NCBI GenBank assembly: GCA_051011575.1
Contig: JBPCTR010000248.1
Span: 1 to 55,607, forward strand
Reading direction: 5' to 3'
Length of the DNA: 55,607 bases
Source: Acidimicrobiales bacterium
Lineage (GTDB): Bacteria; Actinomycetota; Acidimicrobiia; Acidimicrobiales; SHLQ01
Shown here: piece after piece, positions 47,201 through 53,200 of the stretch
Layout of the letters: each line of letters starts with the position of its first letter
Numbering within the stretch: position 1 is the first letter of the stretch
Position numbers and translations under genes: made by a program
The notes under the pieces: model-generated
Told to the model about the DNA's origin: nothing
Seen by the model: only the letters and a program-made list of their open reading frames with translations
Database searches by the model: none

Positions 47201-50200
47201 TCGTACCGAAGTTGTCGCCGGGGCCGGTGATGGACGACAAGGCCTCGCCGTCGCTCCACGTGGTGCCGGTTCGGGTGTACACATAGGCCGCACCCGACGC
47301 CGCACCTGCGCTTCCGTCGAAGAATGCGGTGACGACTGCGAGGTCGCCGTCGACGGCAACCGAGTGGCCGTGAAGGTCGCTGGCGTCCTGGTCCGATCCG
47401 GGTTGCACGAGGGTCGCTTCGAATTCGACGGCGCTCGACTCGACCCGATACACGTGGGCCTGACCGACGTCGGCGGTCGGCCCGAAGTCGGCGCCCCGCT
47501 CCGACACGACCACGGTGTCGCCGTCGATGGCCACCGACCAGCCGTGCTGATTGCCAGAGTTGTCGGCCGGAGCGAGGGCTTCGCCGATGGTCACGAGGCT
47601 GTCGCCGAAGCTCGGGTTCTCGGTCACGGTGTAGCGATAGACCGCTGCGTCACCCGTACCGCCAGTGATCGACGGTGCGCCCACGGCCACGAGGTATGTC
47701 CCGTTACGGAACGCGGACGTGGTCTGCTCGACATCGACCGAGAAGCCGAACGATTCGTAGCCAACCGGTGCCGGAATCGACTCGGAGAGTACCCAGTCAT
47801 CGAGAATGAAGTCGTAGCGGAACAGGTGAACCGTGCCCATGGTTGCGCCGAACGGGTCCGGTGCGCCCACGGCGACCACCATGTTGCCGGCGTCGCCGTC
47901 GGCCTCTTGACGCGTACCGGAGATTGCCACGGAGACGCCGAACCATTCCCCCATCACCGGGCTCGGCGACGAGATCTCGGTCACGAACGTCCACTCCTCG
48001 GTGAACAGGTCGCGCTCGAACACGTATGCGCTTCCCTCGCCTCCGTTGCCGTTGCGCGCACCCACGACCATCCAGTTGTCGTGGATGTCGATGTCCTGAC
48101 CGAAGAAGTCACCGGCCGCGGCATCGGGCGCCTCGATGCGTCCGGGAACCGGCGCCACCGGGTCCGGGAGCTCGATGGCGTAGACCGCTCCAGAGTTCTC
48201 GCCCTGCTGGTCTTCAAAGTTGTGACCGACCGCAAGGGTCCCTGCCGATACCGCGAGATATCCGTCGTTGTCGTTGACGAAGGGCTCCTCCTGATCCGAC
48301 ACGGTGTCGACCTGGAGCGGCGTGGGCGGATTCGTCAGCAGGCTGAAGGAATGGTTGTCGCCACGGAAGGTCGAGGCGACGAGCACTCCCGCGTCGGCAT
48401 CGAGCTGCACGCCGAATCGCTGGTTGAGCGGCGTCGCACCGGTCTCGAGGGTTGCGGTCGGCACGGCTCCTGACGCCTCGTCGTACACGTACACCGCGCC
48501 CACGTTCGAGCTGGCGCCGTCGGCGCCGACGATGATCCAACCATCGGAGATCGCGACTTCGGTGCCGAAGTCGTCGTTGACCTCGGCCTCGTCGAGCGTC
48601 CGGTCGAACACGAACGGCGACAGGGCGTCGGGGCGTGTGAGCACGTCGACGTAGCCGGACTGACCGGAAGCGCCGAGCGTGCCCGGAGCGCCGACGGCGA
48701 GGACGTTGCCCTCGAGGTGAACGCTTCCGCCGAAAAGGTCATCGCTGGCTGTCTTCGGCGCATTGGCCGAGATCGTTTGTGGCGTGTCGGTCGCCCACGA
48801 TGCGGCCCCTCCGTCGTAGACATCCACCTGACCGGCGCCGCCGTTGAAGGCGCCGACAACGAGAGAGTCGGCTTCGATGTCGAGATCCATCACGTCGGAC
48901 GGAACACCCGTGACGGTGGTCAGCTCGGCGAAAGGCGAGCCGAACCCTGGCCGTTCGAATACGCGCACGCTTCCGACGCGTCCGGCAGCGATCACATCGC
49001 CCTCGATCGACACCGAGCGGAGGCTGAAGGTGCCGTCGTCGATGCGCTGACTGAGCGTCCACTCGCCGAGCACTCGCTCGAACACATAGAGCGACCCGAT
49101 CTCGTTTGCCACTACTTCGCGAGCTCGTGCAACGACAACCATCGTGTCGCCGTCAACGTCGACGTTCTGGCCGAATCGGTTGTAGCTACCGCCGAACTCT
49201 GGCAGCACCTTTCCGGAAGGCGGACTTTGATCGGGGATGACGAACGTGGCCAGGTCTGTTCCTGCGGTGACAGGTCCGGTGGCCTCCAGAACCCACAGGA
49301 CGGTCCCGCCATCGCTCGCAACGTCGACATACTGGCCACTCGACACATCGACGCTGGCGAACACGCCGTCATTGCCGTTGTCGGAGAAGCTTTCGCCCTG
49401 TCCGATGCCCTGATCGTTCAACGACAGGAGGTCGCCAGCGAGTACGAGTTCCTGCCCGAAGCCGGTGGATATCCCCGCAAGGGTCGTCTGGCCGGTGGTC
49501 TGGTCCCAGATCGTGATGCCGACACTGCCGCCGAGTTTGATCGCCGCGCGTAGGTCATCGCCGTCGACCGCCCAACCGAACAAGCCGTTGTTCTGGGGGG
49601 CAGACGCCTCGATGGTGTTGCTCGGAACACCGGTGATGGTGCGGTAGCGGTAGACGTTGCCATTGTCGGTGAAGCCGCTCGAGTCTGCATACGGGGCACC
49701 GATCCACCAGTCGCTGACCGAGCGCGACACGCTGAAACCGAACTGGTCGCCGGCCGCAAACCCGTCGACACGCTCCTCCTGAGGGAAGCTGAAACGGTAG
49801 GTGTGTATCGAGCCCGAGTCGACGCCGTTGGCATCGGCGAGCGGCGCGCCCACGATCGCGAACGGATAGCTGATACCGACCGAGGAGCCATAGCGGCTGT
49901 TTGGATCGCCATTCCTCGTAGCTCGCAGCACGAACTGACCGGTCGCGTCCCGGCGGAAATGCTGTACCTCGTCGGCGCCCGGGGCACCGATGGTCAGGCC
50001 TGGCATGTCCATGGCAACCGCGGCGCCGAACTGAGTGCTGGCCGTGCCTGCGATGGTCTGCACATCGGTCCACGTCCCGGCGATGTTCCGCATGATGTAC
50101 ACGACGTCGTCATCGGGCACGCCTATTGCTGCCCAATCGCCGCTGATGGCTCCCGATGGGAACACGGGAGTCGAGACCGGCGCGCTCGCCGAATACCAAT

Positions 50201-53200
50201 AAACCGATCCGGCGTCGACGTTGTTGATGTTGTCGTCGCGTCGGGAACCGACAAGCACGTTCTCATCCGAGAGGCCGACGGCGTGGCCGAACTGGTCGCC
50301 ACCGGCGCCATCGGCCGCACGGAAGGTCTCGTCCTGAGTCCAGGTTCCGGCCACGTTGTCGAATGCGTACGCGGCGCCATTGCGCGTGGACACGCCGGTC
50401 TCTTGGGCGCCGGCGGCACCGATCAGCGCGATGCCGCCGCTGAGCTCGACATCGATTCCGAGACCGTTCGAGGTGTTGGCGTCGCTTGCGACGAGCTTCT
50501 CCGGGGTGCCCCAGCTCGAAGCGGACGATCCCTCGTACACCCACGCGGCGCCCGAATCAGGCGAGAGCGCGTTGTCATTGTCCTCGAACGCGTGGCCGAC
50601 GAGCAGGGTGAGTCCCTCGAGGTCCACCGCCGAACCGAACCAGCCGTCTCCGGTCGTGGCTGCGTCGGGGTTGGTGAGCGTGGTCGCCGTCGACCATGTG
50701 CCTTCGATTCGCTCGAACACGTGGACGGCGCCGGGTGTGATCGTGACATCGTCATTGGCGGTGACGACGGCGATGTCGCCATCGATTGCCACGGCGAACC
50801 CGAAGTCGGGGTCGGGCACCGATGGACCGACCGTTTGGTCGACCACCCAGTTGGAGCCATTCGAAAAGAGCGTGTCCGCCGTGCCGGCCCGGCCGGCGAT
50901 GATCTCCGACCCCAGCATCGCGACCGACCGGTACGGTCCCGCGATCGTCGAGTTCAGAACGAATGGAGAACCCTCACTCGGGCGCTCGTACACGACCAGG
51001 TCACCGCCGTTGGCGATTGCGGCGAAGACGTTCCCCTCGATCGCCACCCCGTGGGTCGGGTGCGAGGCGAGCACGAGATTCTGAATTTCGATCGTCTGCG
51101 CGATCGTCCAGTCGCCTGTTCCGGGGCTTCGCTCGAGCACCCGGAATCGAGTCCACACGGGTCCGGGGAATCCAGGCTGGCTCACAATCGCCCAGTCGCC
51201 GTCGACATCGACAGCGGTGCCGAAGCGCTGGTGCCCATCGGTCGCGATCAGCTTGTTCGGGACCACCTCGGGAAGGGCTGCTCTGATCGAAAATTCGTCG
51301 ACCGTCACCTCGAGCGGGGCCGACGCAACGAGTCCGATGAGGTCACATCGGCCAGGCGGAGCGCACTGGACGAGCAGGTAGTCGTCGGCCGCGGTCGGCG
51401 TGTACGTATCGAGGGTGACATCGACCCGACCGAAGTTGAGGAACGACGATCCGGCGATGTCGACCCGTCCGTGGTTCGCGGTCGTCGTGGAGTCGCCGTC
51501 GATGACGAGCTCGAGGACACCCCCCGGATACGAGACGTTGCCCGAGTAGGTGAGAATCGCTCCCGGCGACACGACCACGCGTCCGGCCTCGCTCACGTCG
51601 GGTCCGATCGTGAAGTCGCCCGTCACCCCCAGAATCGATGTCGACGCGGTGTTGTAGCTGAGCGAAGCACCGATGCTGCTACCGGCCGTATCGGCAACGA
51701 GTATTCCGTTGTTCTGGATCGTTCCCGTTCCGTCGAAGGTCACCGGAGCGTCGAGGAAGACCGACGCAGGCGCTGCGCTGTCGATGATGATCGTGCCATT
51801 CAGAGTGACGTCGTCATTGAATGACACACCATCTTCCGGCGGGCCGACGGCGGTCGAGAACACGTTGAGGACGCCCTCGATCGCAGCGGGACCGTTGATG
51901 ACGATCCGTCCACCCAGATTGACATCGACGGTCGCCCCGGCACCGATGATCAACCTGTCGACCTCTTCCTGCGTGTCGACGTCGGCGCCGACGGGAACGA
52001 TGGCGGTGTCCGTCGGTCCGGGCACGAGCCCGGTGTCCCAGTTCGCAGGATCGGACCAGGCGGAATCGACAGCGCCGGTGAACACATGCGTGAGCGGCAC
52101 TGCGTTGAACGACACGGCCTTGCCGGTGTCGGCACCTGCCGCCGCACCTGGCGCACCGACGACAGCCGAGTTGCCATCGAACTCGATCGAGAAGCCGACG
52201 CCGTCGCCGACGACCGTTCCTGTGGGAATCAACTGGTCGACGGGCACGCCCGGCGAGGGTCCCACACCATCGGAGTCGTTGAAGCCGGTTCCGTCGACGT
52301 CGCGGAACAGCGCGGCTTGTCCCCCCGCTCCGGGTCGTCCGACGATCACGTTCCGGCCGACCATCGAGAGATAGCTGTTCGTGTCGAAGGCCCCGACGGC
52401 GGCGCCGAGTGTGCTGGTGGCCGTGTCCTCGATGAGATACGTCGTGGCGCCAAGTCTGACGATCAGATGAATCTGCAGGGGTGCGCCAACTCCCTGGTCG
52501 CCGATGCCGGCGACTGAGAGATGGCCGCGATCTGATGCGACTGCCGTTCCCACGCGATCGCCGGTGGCCCATGGCGCATTGAACTCCTGAACATGCGTGA
52601 AGCCGCTACCGGTGTCCTGGTAGACGTGCAGCCCGCCCGCGTCTGCACCGGCGAGATCGTCCCCGGGCACGCCCGCCCCGAGCACGAAGAGCCCGCTCGA
52701 GTCCTGGCTCACGGCGACCGAAAAACCGAGCTGGTCGCCTGCGGCAACCAATGGGGTTGAGATCGACGAGGTCGTCCAGCTGACGCCAAAAGTCGCCTCC
52801 CACAGCTCTCCCGCGTCGGCGGCGATGTTGTCGCTGAGCGGCGAGGAGACCACGAAGTTGTTGAGATCCTTCCACGCGACGCCGGCGCCGTACCGATCAC
52901 CAGCGCTGGACCCGCTCAGCGTGTTGCCGAGTTGCGTCCACGTCGCTGCGCCCGTTCGCTCGAATACATATGCCTCACCGGGGGAACCGCCAGTTCCAGT
53001 GATGTCGGGGTTGCCGATCACGACCCGATCGCCGAGCAGGTCGAGGCCGAAGCCGAATTCACCGTTGGCGAACGCTGATCCGACCGGTGCGACGATCACA
53101 CCGTCGGCGGTCCAGGGCGCGCCGGGACCCGTCCGTTCGTACATGTGGACACGACCGGCATCGGCGGCGGCATCGTCGTCTTGCAGAGCTGCGACTGCCA

